Positions 50,901 to 64,000 of a stretch of 64,000 bases of DNA are shown in pieces. The stretch is from Phoronis australis (Eukaryota; Animalia; Phoronida), in NCBI GenBank assembly GCA_002633005.1, contig NMRA01000156.1, positions 124,001-188,000 on the forward strand, in the 5' to 3' direction. A program made the translations under genes and the position numbers. How positions within the stretch are numbered: position 1 is the stretch's first letter; every line of letters begins with the position of its first letter. The notes beneath the pieces were generated by a model. The model was not told where the DNA came from. It searched no databases and saw only the letters and a list, made by a program, of their open reading frames with translations.

Positions 50901-51221
50901 CATGCACAGAAAACTAGAGTTTATGCGCCAACAGAAACTTAGAGACGGTCGCCCACACGCCATTAAAAACGTGCTTTTAAGGACATAGGCGTATTAGTCC
51001 ACGCATCAACGGTCTACGTGGAGTAAGCAACCTGGCCTCGGGCTACTATTAAACGTATAGAAGTTAGTCCTAGACACACATGTCCTCACCGTTCGCACAT
51101 CATATGTCCCTTTGGTTGAGAAAATGTATACATGTACATCGAACACGCAGAAATGTACAGGCACCCAGATCATTCGACAAATTCCTCCTCGGTGTGTCCA
51201 TAGATGTGTTTTAGAATGCAC
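47830..51221. repeat. Tandem duplication of about 1.7 kb with an N at the junction (49502)
   Basis: ORFs repeat at an offset of 1721 bp (48453/50174, 48826/50547, 49285/51006); part of the unit resembles about 61480-61520. Confidence 0.85.
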
Positions 51222-52029
51222 CTGCTCTCGTTTGTGCGATGCCTTAAAACTTTGTTACTACAAGCAGTCACAAAACTCAACTTTTATAGAACATTCGCGG
51301 CGGTTTTTTCAAGCGGTGCACTCCACGATTCAATTCTGAGCGAATAGCCGACTTTCGTAAGAAAGATCGAATAATAAAACTCGCGGTTCTCCGAAAGTGT
51401 ATGAGGGCTCCTCAGGTGAAAAAAAATGACCGGGAGTCGAGAGAACACCGAAAGAGATGTGTTAATATCTTGAAAGGAAATACTCATTAAGTTGGGGGGT
51501 AGTGCCCCACTAAATAGGGGCGTAGGAAACGAGGGAGGGGGGTGAGCGGAAGAGATTAAATATTTAATCAGTGGGAAAGGGAGGGTACTTGCTCCCAGTA
51601 ATTTGAAGGGGAAGACTGTGGGTGTAGGCATAGGACAGTCCAGAAAAGAAAAAGAAAGTGAAACTTGCGGAAGAGTTAAAACTGAGTCAACTACCAGTGC
51701 TGGATTTTCCCTTTGGGAGCCTGGCCAATACATTTTTTGTGAGAGGGGCCCTAGTTTTTAAAACAGGAATTATGAATCGTCCACGCTCACTTGGAAATGT
51801 GCTCTTATTCATTCATACCTGAGAAAACTTATTTTTCGTGTCAAATTAATTCATATTTTTAAAACCAAGAAAGCATTTTTTCAGAGAATTCAAACTCGTG
51901 TTTCCAGGTTGTGAAATCCTGCTCTTGGAGTGAACCCCCGGATGATATCCATGTCTACCTTTTTCTGTTTTTCGTAAAGTATCAATCACGAGAGGCTCAA
52001 AGATGGACTTAATCGCCTCGCTTTTCATG

Positions 52030-52273
52030 TTTTTTTTTTGTAAAATCTCACAACCTTTTAAAGTACTAGCACAAAACCGGATATCACTTTCCCATTATAT
52101 GCAGGTTCTCATTCACTCACGTCCTTAGGCCTACTCCACTGCATACATTCACTAGTAAGAGCGAGGAGTAGGAGACACTTCTGTGCAATGCTTGATTATA
52201 AAGCCATCAGGATTCGAACCCGGGTCTCCCAAATTTGAGTCCGGAGCTCAAACCACTGAGACACATCGTCTCC
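52030..52273 (-). mobile_element. tRNA-derived SINE with A-tail
   Basis: Minus strand GGAGACGATGTGTCTCAGTGG (A box)...GGGTTCGAATCC (B box), a body of about 160 bp and an A10 tail at 52030-52039; cloverleaf stems are imperfect. Confidence 0.65.
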
Positions 52274-52326
52274 TCTTACTTACAACCTTTGTCGCCTAAT
52301 GATGGAAGGGGGGGGGGGGGTTGGGG

Positions 52327-52348
52327 NNNNNNNNNNNNNNNNNNNNNN
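52327..52348. other. Assembly gap flanked by G runs
   Basis: Run of N. Confidence 0.95.
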
Positions 52349-52757
52349 GGGGGGGGGGGGGTTGGGTGACGCCATGATGAAATCAACATTCCTTTCCAGT
52401 TTTTCTATTATGATACATGTATAGCCTTTCATATTGGAGTATTTGAGCGTCATGCCTTTCATAAAAGAGATGGAGTCCGCTCTTGAAGAGGCGGCCCGGA
52501 ACAATACCCTTTGTTTCCCTATAAATCATACTCGGTCAACTATGCACGAGCGAAAGCAGAAAAATAACAAATCAATCATGAAAATCACGGAATAGTGTTG
52601 ATGCATCAAGACATGCAGTCCAAGTAACCAAAACAAAACAAAAAAAGGATTGGCTGGCATTCATGGATAGAAGAAGTTTAAGACCATTATTTGCTGATTA
52701 CACTTGTCAATATGGTTTTATTATGAAAATAGTACCTTTCACAAAGATTTACGAGTA

Positions 52758-52921
52758 CAGTGGCGGATTTAGAGGGGGGTCAAGGAGGCCATGCCCCCCT
52801 AAAATTATCCCAGATTCCATTTGGCAGTTCGGAGGTGCGAATGTCTGGCAGGCAAAATCCTGGCTAATACTTTCCCCTACCTCCCTCCCCCAGCTAATTC
52901 AAAATCCTGGATCCGCTCTTG
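52758..52921. mobile_element. MITE family A, second copy in inverted orientation
   Basis: Reverse-complement match to 5665-5821; flanks GAGTA/AAGTA (one mismatch). Confidence 0.78.
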
Positions 52922-55473
52922 AAGTACACTTTTTCTTTCGAAAATCACTATTAAGAAAATATCATTGATGAAGAGGGTCGCGGATTTTTGTTACAAAACT
53001 CACTGTATCGATCAGAGTATCAGGAGTATGAAGTTTTGATGACCTCGTCAGAGTAGGCCTACACGTCTAACTAGTCAAAGTACATAGTGCATGTGTGTTG
53101 ACAATGAATCACTAACAAAGATTGGAGTGCTTGATTAACTCATTTGTAACAGGCTACCACTGGAATGAACCAGAATTCATGTTAGCACATTCTGAAAAAT
53201 TCTCGGGCAGTGTCCCCAAACTTTCGAGTGATTTACCATCACCTGCTCTCCCAGTCGGCTGTTGAGTGGCACGTAGTATCTGCGCGCATCCTGTAGGGAA
53301 TTCCCTAAAAATTCCTACTGTGAATTTCGTATTTCAGAAAAATCTTGCAACCGCNGATCCTAGATCCGCCACTGGCACACCTATAGATAATTTTGTTAAG
53401 CAAAAATTAACTATACTCATTTTTTCAAATTGCTGCATACGTTACTGTTCGCTGGTTCCCTGCGTGTCCAAACATGTGTTCTCTACCACCTAGCGGACAC
53501 GCGGCGGGGAACCAGCGAGGCGTTATTGATATCAGTCTAGTAGCTGCAGTAGTTTTCATAAAATATACAATATCTTCTTGTCGAATATGGCGAAATTTTG
53601 GAGCGAATATGAAATACGAAGATGAAATTTTCATTTACTAGAATTTATACGCTCTCGTTTAAAACACCTTTCTAAACCGAACGTTTCATTTTGCGCATGG
53701 AAATATCGAAAGTTCGGACTTTTTTGATTTCCATGAAGAACTCTCAAGTTGTAAGAATCGAAGACAAAACGACAATCATATTCAGGAAACAGTGACAGTC
53801 ATCCAGAATATTTGTATCAACAGAAAGTCGATGTTTTGATACCGTCGTTTAGCTATCGATGTACTTTTCGTTTTCGCTAAACTTTATTAAAAGACATAGT
53901 CATGTGACCCAATCAATAACATACTACTATCAGACCATAAAACATCGAGCAAAATAATTGACATCGGTTTCGCCGGTAAGGTGAATTGTTTCCATGGAAA
54001 TCATCATCAACCAGCACTCGGTGCCCTGGAGTAATTACGTAATTTATTATTGTGAAACTGTTATGACAACCAACCACCTATTACACAAATTGGGCTGAAA
54101 ATTGCAGGACCTACGGCTTCAAATCCAAGCTTTTAGAATAGGGTCGTCCCGAAGGCGTTCGCGGGAAGAAAACGACAACACAAGTTGATGCATTATAATC
54201 GCGATTCAAAACTCCGTTATTTCTGTAGCCAGAAATTTCCTTACTATGGCAGAACTTGTCGATGCCATGTGGGCTGATTGTAAACCTGTGTGAGGTTTCC
54301 CGTGCCCTAGACGCAAGAGAACTAGTGGTTTTTACGAACATGGAGGTTTCCGCTCAGTTAGTGTTGTCGCTGCCGCGTCGCAGAACATAATCGCGTAGCC
54401 AGTGAGAGAAAATATTTTACCCCATTGTACTGTTTCGAGAGTGGTCTTTAATGCCCGTCACCACGTATTTTTGGCACGTAGGGTACTTTCAGTCCTGAAT
54501 AGGAACGAGTAAGGAAATAACGGTGATTAAGATTTTGCTGAAATATTTCAATACAAATCACGAGTCGTAAATACCAATGTGACAGCATAGTGGTTTGCCG
54601 TTGACCGGCGCGCACAAGTTCACCCGCCAATAACGAGGAACAAGTCTACACGTGATCTTATATCAAAAGTAGTTCCTAGAACATAATTACAATGACTGCA
54701 CATTGTACTCTGAACCCGGAATATTTGTCTGCTTTCATTGGCCGCATTAAATTAGACGGGTGCGAGGGCTAACAGGCGCAATGAAAGGGCATTCAATGTC
54801 TGCTCCCCAAGCACCTTAAAATCCGTGGTACTTGAAAATATAATCGAATATTACTACTCAGCAGGGCTCCAGATCATGGGTCTCATTCGCGACTTGACGG
54901 TGAATTTTCAAACAGTCTAAACGATTATTTGTAAAGGTACCTGTACAGAAACAGGTACGATGCCAGTAACACCGCACGACTTGAACCGCGAACTTGCACC
55001 CGCGCCATAGCATGATTTCTTACCGCGATTGGCCTATGCGTTGCCAGAAGACCATCCTCATTAAATTTAAAACAACAACATGGCGGCTGGAAGACAGAAG
55101 CCATAACATCGGGACATCAACTCCAGCATATTTCTCCGAACAGGATTTATCTATTTATGACATGGTCAACAGTCCCGAAATCACATAGTGAAATGTTTGC
55201 TCAATTAGAAAAGCAAGCAAAAAAAAACACGGCTGTTCACAAACATGTACCATAAACCTATTTTCAATGACCCACATCTTTACGGCCAGAACCTGCAGTC
55301 CTGGACAAACAGATAATATATAGATTTGTTGGTTTCAATATTATACGAGTCTCTCATCCGTACTTACGTTAACTGAACGTACGTGTGGTTTAGACAAAAC
55401 ATGCGGATGTACAGTGAACTGTTTCCCGGTCAGGACGACCTTCAAGCTGTTGCAAACTAGCCTTGTTTAAAAA

Positions 55474-55722
55474 CATGAACGCACTCCAGGGAGGCTCCAA
55501 TGAGTCCCCCTCCCCCATTTGGCGAAGTGGCAAAAGGGTCCGCCTCAGAGAAACAAAAACTCCGAAAAAAGTAGAAAATGAGACAAAAGTCCACTAAAAA
55601 GGCAGGAACTACCACAATTCGGCGAATGCAAAATTCATAGTTTTGAACGTACCCAATGAATCTTAGTTAAAGGTCCACATTCTCAAAAATTCGAGCCCTC
55701 CCCATTTTCTAGGCTGGACATG
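55474..55722. mobile_element. MITE family C copy with AAAAA flanks
   Basis: Shares CCCCATTTGG...GGTCCGCCTCAGAGAAACAAAAACTCCG with the 47764 copy; CATG termini. Confidence 0.75.
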
Positions 55723-57238
55723 AAAAATCGTAACATTTGATTTTGGCCACTTACTGGTGTCAGTTTACACATAACCATTTGGTGAAAGAGTGGGCAGTTT
55801 GCTGGTTTTTAGTTTACGGTTTCATTAACAATAATAGCAGTCGGCTATTGAAACTAGAGACTATTTCATTCCAAGACAACAGACTGCATAGAACCTCCTC
55901 AAAATGTCCATTCCTGTACATTACCACATAACATGACCAGTCATATGAAGCTGGACACGGGTCAAGTCATTTAGCTTCCTCTCGAGCAATAAATGACCAG
56001 ATTGTTCTTCCTGTTACCAGAAATCGCCCTTTGTAACGTGAGAGGCGAAATTGGGGTCTGCCTTGTTGCGACCAGTGGTTGCAAACGGTTTGTACCAACT
56101 TGTACTCCGAAGAAATACAGGCAGTGTGAATTGACGTGATGTCAACAACAAACTTTTATAGCGCTGTGTGTATCTTTTGTTGCAAAGTGACATCCGCCTT
56201 CTGCAACATGTTTCGGACGACCGAAACAAGTAGAAGGCGAGTGCTTTCTAATGGAAAATGAATCCAAGGTAAGTTAATCCAGCTGGGATTGTGACCGGAG
56301 ATCGCACCCACTGGTTTTCGCGCGCCCAATGAAACGAGCCGACAAAGATTAAATGTGATTAAACATATCAGTCTTTATTACACAATTGTTTCTGATAACA
56401 CGAACAATCATGATTTTACAATCACACGTAGGTCTAGCAAAAACTATCGAACGAGGAAATGCATGCAAAATTTAATGCCCAATCCACACAGACGAACCGC
56501 GAAACACACATATACAAAAAATAGAAATACCCAAGGAAATAATGTACACGGAGAAGATCGACCAATAACCAACTACCGATTAGCTCTGCTCAGATTTTCT
56601 TGTGCTTTTGTCGTTGACCATCGTCGGAGCCATTGTTATATTAGTTATGTCCAGTGTTTGCAAGCGTCTACATGGATCTCCCTGCATGCGGGATGACACG
56701 GCTGCAGCTTGTAGAGACCCGTAGTATATAGTATATTCGATACGGGTCAATATGAATCATTATAGATAATTACACATTGAGAATCACATTGCAAATTTAC
56801 TAGAACGTGCAGCAAACAGAAGAGCATTTCGTTCACCCCCCACGACTAATAACCACGAGACAGCGGTTTGAGGGTCGCCACTACGCCAGAGACTCGCGTC
56901 CCTTATACTCTACTTCAAAAGTCTGGTGGTCTTGTTCCAAAGCTATCCGCACAGTAACACTGAGGATTCACGTTCAATACACTTGCTTTAATGACGGCCA
57001 ACTAGAGTTCTGTAATGACTACTCAAAATAAACATTCGAAAGGGAAGACAGCATTTATCCCGTTTTTCATAGAGAGTCTTTGAGAATTTATATTGAGAGT
57101 GAATTCCAAAGGAGAAGTTAATAACACGAATGTCAGTCCACAACGACGAAAATAGAAACACGGTAGTGGTCACTGCAGGTGACCTGCGACACTTGTACAC
57201 TCCATCCACCAACTACCCTACGCACGAACATTTCTTCA

Positions 57239-57574
57239 TTACTGTCTGGCCATAGTTTGAGTAGTGGGGCCTCCATCGGGTCGGATTTCGTTGGCTTCTT
57301 GAATCAGTGAGCAACAGTAACAACACCAGCTTAGAAGCAAGTCATTTATTAGACTTCCAGAGATTCCTTTCTGGTCACGGATTTTCCCGCGAATTGACGC
57401 ACGGAACCACAGATTTGCCAATGGAACCAATTGAACAAGCCCACATAACAAACAATCTTCTCCGACAGCTTCGGCATTTTTGCCAAACGTGTAGCAGGGA
57501 ACGAAGTACGAGATCACACACAACCCGATGTTGCTGAAACAGCCGAACAATCCATTTTGCCACTCGCTGGACAT
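57239..57574 (-). CDS. PLAC8 / cornifelin-family cysteine-rich protein, 111 aa from ATG 57574
   Basis: W-x-x-GLFGCF, FVPCYTFGKNAE, RGKIRDQKGISGSLINDLLLSWCCYCCSLIQEANE are the PLAC8 domain hallmarks; candidate AATAAA at 56374-56379 (minus). Confidence 0.92.
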   Translation of the reverse strand: MSSEWQNGLFGCFSNIGLCVISYFVPCYTFGKNAEAVGEDCLLCGLVQLVPLANLWFRASIRGKIRDQKGISGSLINDLLLSWCCYCCSLIQEANEIRPDGGPTTQTMARQ

Positions 57575-58806
57575 TTTTCTAACAGATTTGAGCAATACAC
57601 AAAAGCACTACTGTACCGATAACGCTTCAGCTTGGAGTCACAACGATAGCTCTATTATGGCGCGTTTAGGGCGTGACAGTCGATACCATTTATTCAAGAG
57701 GGAGGTCAAGTTCCTTATACTGTTCAACTCTACCACGTGTTTTATATGCACTACACTTTGGTTATTTTGGTTGGAAATTCCCATCCACTAACCAAACTTA
57801 TGGTCACCCGAGTACATGAGAACCCACATGGTTGATTTTTGCATTGCACAACATTTCAACTCTGCCCTCCTGAAAGAAATCGGTTTGAACCGTACTGCGT
57901 CCGCAAAACGATGCTGGCAGTATCTCAATAGATGTATTGTGTTTTTTCAAAATGTTATTCAACATCATGAATGGGGGTTTGAACAATGAAAACGTTAAGG
58001 AATAATAACTTCATGGAAAACTATTCAAGCACCTTTTCGAAATATTCCTTTGCTGCTCAGCAATTTAGCCGGGCAGTGATTTCAATCACGTATACTCGCG
58101 ACAAGGCTTCGTCATGTCACTGTTGTTCGTCGGTGCAATGTGATTTCAGTACCTAGACTAAACAATAAAACACATAGCTTTTGATATTGATTGGGTGTTG
58201 TATCGAGAAATTGACACCGATCAATACTTTCCTTTCCTTCACTAAAGTACCCAGGGGTTCAGAAATGCAATTACAAACCCCTCGTACAAAGTATGAATAA
58301 ATATTTGCACGGATCCCGAGTACTGATACTAGATTTTAAACAGACGGGTCGTCGTTATGCCTTACTTGAGCTGGCAACTCATTGACACGCTAATGTCACC
58401 ACTGCTTCTCAGCCGCTAACCCTGACACAAGTAAAAATATACTCGTTCGAGACTCATATGAACGGAACAAACTAATTGTTAGTTATTACGTCTGAATTTG
58501 AAGAGCTTGCTGAATTTCCACGCGGTTTTACTGGACAGAGAAATAATTATATACACCAGCGATCGATACAGCAACACATAACTAATTCAGCGCAACAATG
58601 TCCAGCTTATCATCATAAAATAATCCAAAACCAGCAACTGGTAATATTGAAATCATTTGGAAGCGATATAGACCTAGACAATTTACAGTTTCAGATAAAT
58701 TGTCTACATTAGGCCTAACTGAGGAAACGCCCACGAATGCAAAATTATGTACAGACACCCTTTCATGTCGAATGCCGTGGTTAGGTCGGAGGGGGGGGGG
58801 GGGGGG

Positions 58807-58893
58807 NNNNNNNNNNNNNNNNNNNNNNNNNNNNNNNNNNNNNNNNNNNNNNNNNNNNNNNNNNNNNNNNNNNNNNNNNNNNNNNNNNNNNNN
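58807..58893. other. Assembly gap after a G run
   Basis: Run of N. Confidence 0.95.
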
Positions 58894-61847
58894 TCAGTCT
58901 ACGGTCTGGCCAACAATTTCGCTTTTGCCCCTCCTAATGTTTTGCTTTTTCAATCACTTTATTCTTTGTTACATAATTTTCGTGGCATGACTAGAAAGAT
59001 TCCTATAGAACTTTATTTTTAAGTGGAGAGCGAAATAACCGTTTTTGTTTTAAGTGTTGACAAGGATTTCTACCGTAACTGTCAAAGTAAGCTTAACTTT
59101 AAGCATAAGCAAAAATCGTCTTTCTGGAGACTGATTCCGGTTTTGAAACTGTTAAATTTGCTATCACGAGCGCAAATCGAAAGAAGGATTAAACATGTAA
59201 AAATTCGTTGTCATGGCATACGCTTAAAGACACTTCTCTTACATACACCATCTCAAAACACAAGATCAGTTTCGTCAGTCCGACAGATGTCACTAAAATA
59301 TAGACATTTCGTAACTTTCACCCCTGTTTGTGTTTGATTTATTTTACTATTAATTTCTTAAAGGAGAGGGGTTTCCGCGGAAACATCAGTTCATATGGCG
59401 GAAGTTGAGTGAGTACCCAGAATGCATTAAGCTAAAAACTCATATTAAATTCAGTTAAATTTAAAAATATTTAGACTTGTGTAGAATCAGCATAAGGTTC
59501 AAGTTTCGACTGCGTTAAAATCCGTCTATGACGTTTTTAATTCAGATGAATCGGGAAGATCAGATGTTATCATCCCGATTCAGTGCTCACTTATTTCGTT
59601 TTATTTTCTTGCTTATCGTTGGCATTATGAGGAAACGTGCATTTTGATGAAGCGTGATAAGTCTGAACTGGTAGCGTAATATAGCTAATGAATTGCTCTG
59701 TTGCAGTTTTGCCGTGTATCTTTTATAGCATAAAAAGCCACCAGCCTCCACTATCACTACTACTTGACCAACATCCTTTCGAATTATGTTTCTGCAATTT
59801 CATTTAATTTTACTTCGCTATTCAAAACTAGGAATCCTCGCGCAGTTACCCAATTAGAAATCATTAAGTGTGATAAGTTTCGAGCGTCATTTTTTTCATC
59901 CCAATATTCGTTTCCTCGAACCGTTGTCAAAATTTGGGCTTGTCTGTTTAATCGATGGGGGATTTATTGCGGGTGTTATTTCTTCTCTATGCCATCCAAG
60001 CAGAACGTTTCTGGGTACATACAAAGTGAAAATGTCATTACACTGTATATCAAAATAACTAGACAACAGTAAAAATTACAATCAGAAAACAAAATGTGTA
60101 AGGAAATCGCGGGTCAGCTATTGAGGTGGTTCGTCGGAACAATGAGGGTGGGTCTAACTAGTGCTATTGTAACAGCTGAAGTGACATGCTATGTAGAACA
60201 TGAGCCAAGGCTGAGTAAATGCTGAATACGAATGAAACTGACAATGACATACATGGGCAACAAGACATAACGATCAGCCAATCAAGTGTGAGTTATAAAT
60301 AAGGGCATCACAAAACTGACGACAGTTCTAGGAACGGGAAGTATTACTAACCATTGCCTCCAAGAAACTGAACTGAACTACATCTTACGGTTACGCAATA
60401 AATGCACAAACACAATCCGCGACAACTCCGGTTGAATACCTGCCAAAATCAACCAGCATAGGAAAGCAACTTTCCAACTCAAAAAGTAAAATTCTAACTG
60501 TGCATACAACGTAATTACATCTAACATTTTATCACTTTCTCCAGATTAACTATCTCGGTTTGGTGACAGCGAGTTAATCCCTTTTGCCGGAAGTTCCAAC
60601 TTCAAGCTAGAGAGAGCCGGGGATGCTTAAGGTGACAACAGATTTTAAATGCTATCTAAAAGCAGTTCGAAGACATTCATATTTTATATCAACAAGTCAG
60701 TCCAGCCGGGTTCTGCACATATGCATGACTAGACAACAATATTTAGTGATAGCTAGCGAAAAATTGAGCGATCTTGCGTTTTTTGCGAATTTCCTGTGTC
60801 TATAAAATGCGTCCTACGACCTTCTCTTACTTTTCGTTTGCCACCTTCTCATTCATTAATAAACGTCTTACGGTTTAATGAATTGCAATTTGGAAAGTAT
60901 TAAATAGTTTTCATTCATTTCACTGATGCACAATTTCATGTTTTTTACAATACCAATAGCCTCTCAGGATAGCGTTCCCTATAACACAGCATTTCTTGAA
61001 AGAAAAGCGAAATCACGCATGTCTTCGCGAGATTTCGCCATGAATTACAAGGGAAGCACGCAATCAAACTAGCTTTACTCGCGAGTGAGTCTTGCATAGA
61101 TGGAACGAGCATTTTTACGCACTCTCTCTTTCCGCAACGTTTTCATTTCATTGGGCAACTTACAAAGTATACTTACCGGTAATGGGTTTCTAAGCGCACT
61201 AATGCGAGGAAACCTGGCGGTCCTTTGTCATCAGCGGATAAAACGCACTTTTCACCTTTTGATTCCCTCCGGTCTCGACTCGGCGGCGATCGATCAGAGC
61301 CTGCCTCTGCAAAAGGAACACTCCACTTGCTCTTAGGACTGACACGAACATTTTTTCTTCCGAAACTTGCGACATCCTAGAATCGACAGAGCAATGAACA
61401 TGGTTCGGTTAGCACTTGGGTTGTTCCGTACTAGAATAGCAATTAGCAGGCACGCGAATGAAGTTAGTGCGACGTCATCGCGATATCTCACGAAATCTTG
61501 GGTGATCTTGAGTTTTTGCGAGGTTCTAGCGTCTTCACGAAGTACGCAACTTCGTCACTCAAGCGACGGGTACGTCCAGAACCACTACAAGCCCGACTCA
61601 CTGAGTTCAGTGCAAGGTCGTAGTGACCTGACGCTCCCATCGAAGGTCTACAAAATAAATCCACACTTGCAGTTTTACGTATGCAGACAATGCAAACGGC
61701 AGAACATTTACCTCCAGAAGAGACATAAAACCACTGCTTTTTGTGGAAAAACAAGTATTAACTAGGGCCATTTACGTTTACCGAATTGGTCTCAAATAAA
61801 TTTCCAGATCAAGTTTATGAGCTTGGTCTGAAGAAATAACCGATAAC

Positions 61848-61958
61848 CGTAATGGTCTGACATAACGTGCCCGAATTTTGAGAACCAGTTTTCCCCACTA
61901 AATAACGGGCATCAAACTGGTTTTCAAAATGCGGGCACGTTATATCAGACTATTGCCG
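61848..61958. repeat. About 110-bp hairpin (MITE-like) repeat, second copy
   Basis: Aligns along its length with 5888-5997. Confidence 0.7.
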
Positions 61959-64000
61959 AAATAACGGACCCCCAGTTCCTTCCTGAGCCCATTGAGAGAT
62001 CACTGTCTTAAACTGAGTAAGAAACAAGATAAGACTAATTTTATGGCAGCAATTAAGTGTCGACCTAAATCAAAAACTCGTTTTTTTCTTCAATACAAAA
62101 CGTGGGAAATTTGACAGAAAGCACGAATCTTAATGCCGCTTCTAGGAAGTACTGTGAGGATGGCATATAATGTTAAAATATTATCATGTCCTCCCTTACT
62201 TCTTTGAACTTAAAGATACTCATGAAAATATATTTTGCGGGAAATTGTAGAACATAGCCAGAGGTATCAGAGTAACAACTGCATTTTAAGCAGGAACCTA
62301 GACGACACCGGCTTTCAGTGAAAGGGCCGATAAACCATGACCAGAGAATGGACCATTACAAAAAAAAAAAAAAAAATCAGAAAATAACGGAAAGAGACAA
62401 TTTTAATGTCGTCACGTCACCTTTTGATTTCTTGCCTGGCTTTGTCTGTTCCTCTAGAGTTTCTGGAAAAATCAGTGAATTTGGCATTCCCCAAACCAAA
62501 GTAGTTCGTCATTCGCAAAAAGAAAGAATGAATGCAAACCTGCTGGCGATCACGACACTCACCAGAACGCATCCATGACGTAGGCCTATCTAACTTCGTT
62601 TTCCGTTTCGTTTGTCTATTCGTGCTACGTGTTTTGACGTTCAACCGCAAGACCTCAATAATTTGCAATTTTTATAGTCACCCTTATCGACTGACAAAGG
62701 AGCCAGCGAGCCTTTCATCAACGGCCTTTGGTCTCACTATCTGAGATTCAACTAAAACGCTTCACAGAGTGTTATTATAGCTATATTCTCACGATTTTTT
62801 GCGAGTAGATTAAAATTATGCGCCAGTTTCATGTGATTGATGCAGAAAGGCGCTGAGGTTGAGTCTGTATGCTATTGTCTGCAGCGCCATCTTTGGAGCT
62901 TTATACAAATATAGACGATTTTGTACTCTCGCTAATCATCACAGTTGCCATTTTTCGCGACAACATCAAGTTGCAATACATTCTACTTACTCATTTCAAC
63001 TACTTGATTATCAGTCTTTGTTAAGTTAAGTAAAAATTTCTGCTTGTTTTGCAAAATTTGTATTTCGTAACCACACGCAGCCGTCATCATTTCCGGTTTT
63101 CGTTTGACACCTCACCGACTGTGATTTTATCTCGAGCACGTATTTCACCGATTTGTGATTCATTTTATTTTCATAAACGTGTGCATTTTCTCTGGTGTCA
63201 TTAATTGTCAAGTATACGACCATGGCAAGTCCAAGAACCCGTCGAGTCTTGAAGGAAGTAAAGGCGAGAAATGAAAACAACGTGAGTCAGTTTTTACAAT
63301 TTTTACTCACGGACACAAGTCACACTTACAGCCACAGCCAGGTAGGCGGTGGCACATTCTAATTCATCCTGTATCCTGTCAGATTTTTTGCGCTTAACCC
63401 TGGTTAAGCTAAATAACATTACCACCTGGTTACTGTGTAAATGTAGTCGGACACCTTTGATGCTTTGGAAGTTTTGTTGCAGCTGAGTTGGAGTCTTTGA
63501 GTTTGAATCCTTCCAGATTGAACAATTCTCGCAAACTTTCTGAATATCCTGTCATTTCATCAACGAAATTGAAGACTGGACTCCATTACAGTCAATGAGC
63601 TCACAGTCAAATCTATCTGCATGAGTGCCATAAAGGGCTTTAACCGCATGATGGCAATTGCTTTTTGACTTTGGTGGACTGATTGGGATGCCTGGCTTTG
63701 AAAGAACTTGAAGCGAGAAGTATCAGGTTCATAGTTTTGAGCAACGTGATTTTTCCGTGCTCTGGCATCCAACAACAGTACGTAATCATGACAACGAAAA
63801 GGGCCCGCATAGCCTCATGAGTTTGAGGAGGAGGTGTCTGCAAAGAGGGCCGACATGATGTTGAGTTTCAGGTGGCATAACTCCTAATCATTAGATGGAG
63901 GAGAAATGAGGTGAATGTGCAGTGAGTGTCATAAAGGCCTTTCTTAATCACTTACTAATTGGTCTTTAGTGCATGTACTGGTTAAGAGAATACGCCTGAC

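Noticed and set aside
48453-51221. Duplicated ORFs of 71-138 aa as a gene pair
   Set aside because: No recognisable domains; their identity simply reflects the DNA duplication.
52201-52273. Functional tRNA gene
   Set aside because: Acceptor and anticodon stems pair poorly and the sequence continues into a body with an A-tail, which fits a SINE.
63420-63850. Decayed coding or integrase-like sequence on the minus strand
   Set aside because: Broken frames and only a vague resemblance; cannot be supported without a database search.

Overview
Eukaryotic, AT-rich animal genomic DNA with spliceosomal GT-AG introns; the repeat types suggest a lophotrochozoan, probably a mollusc (inference). I find four protein-coding genes. 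(1) A 3-exon minus-strand type I membrane protein of 505 aa that I do not recognise (3801-9343). (2) An intronless RPAP3/Spaghetti co-chaperone gene (13519-14988, minus). (3) RIOK1 (15261-40776, plus, 15 exons, 551 aa, reconstructed by hand with all exon phases consistent), head-to-head with RPAP3 and only 272 bp between the start codons. (4) A PLAC8/cornifelin-family gene (57239-57574, minus). The rest is transposon-derived: three MITE families with 5-bp target-site duplications (TSDs), TA-flanked pogo-like elements, nested Helentron/HINE-type elements, an L1/Tx1 fragment, a tRNA-derived SINE and a foldback palindrome array. A 1.7-kb tandem duplication across an N may be an assembly artefact. 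I found no clear new biological system; the best leads are the intronless RPAP3 next to RIOK1, the unrecognised tyrosine-motif receptor, and a possible Cys-rich first exon for PLAC8.
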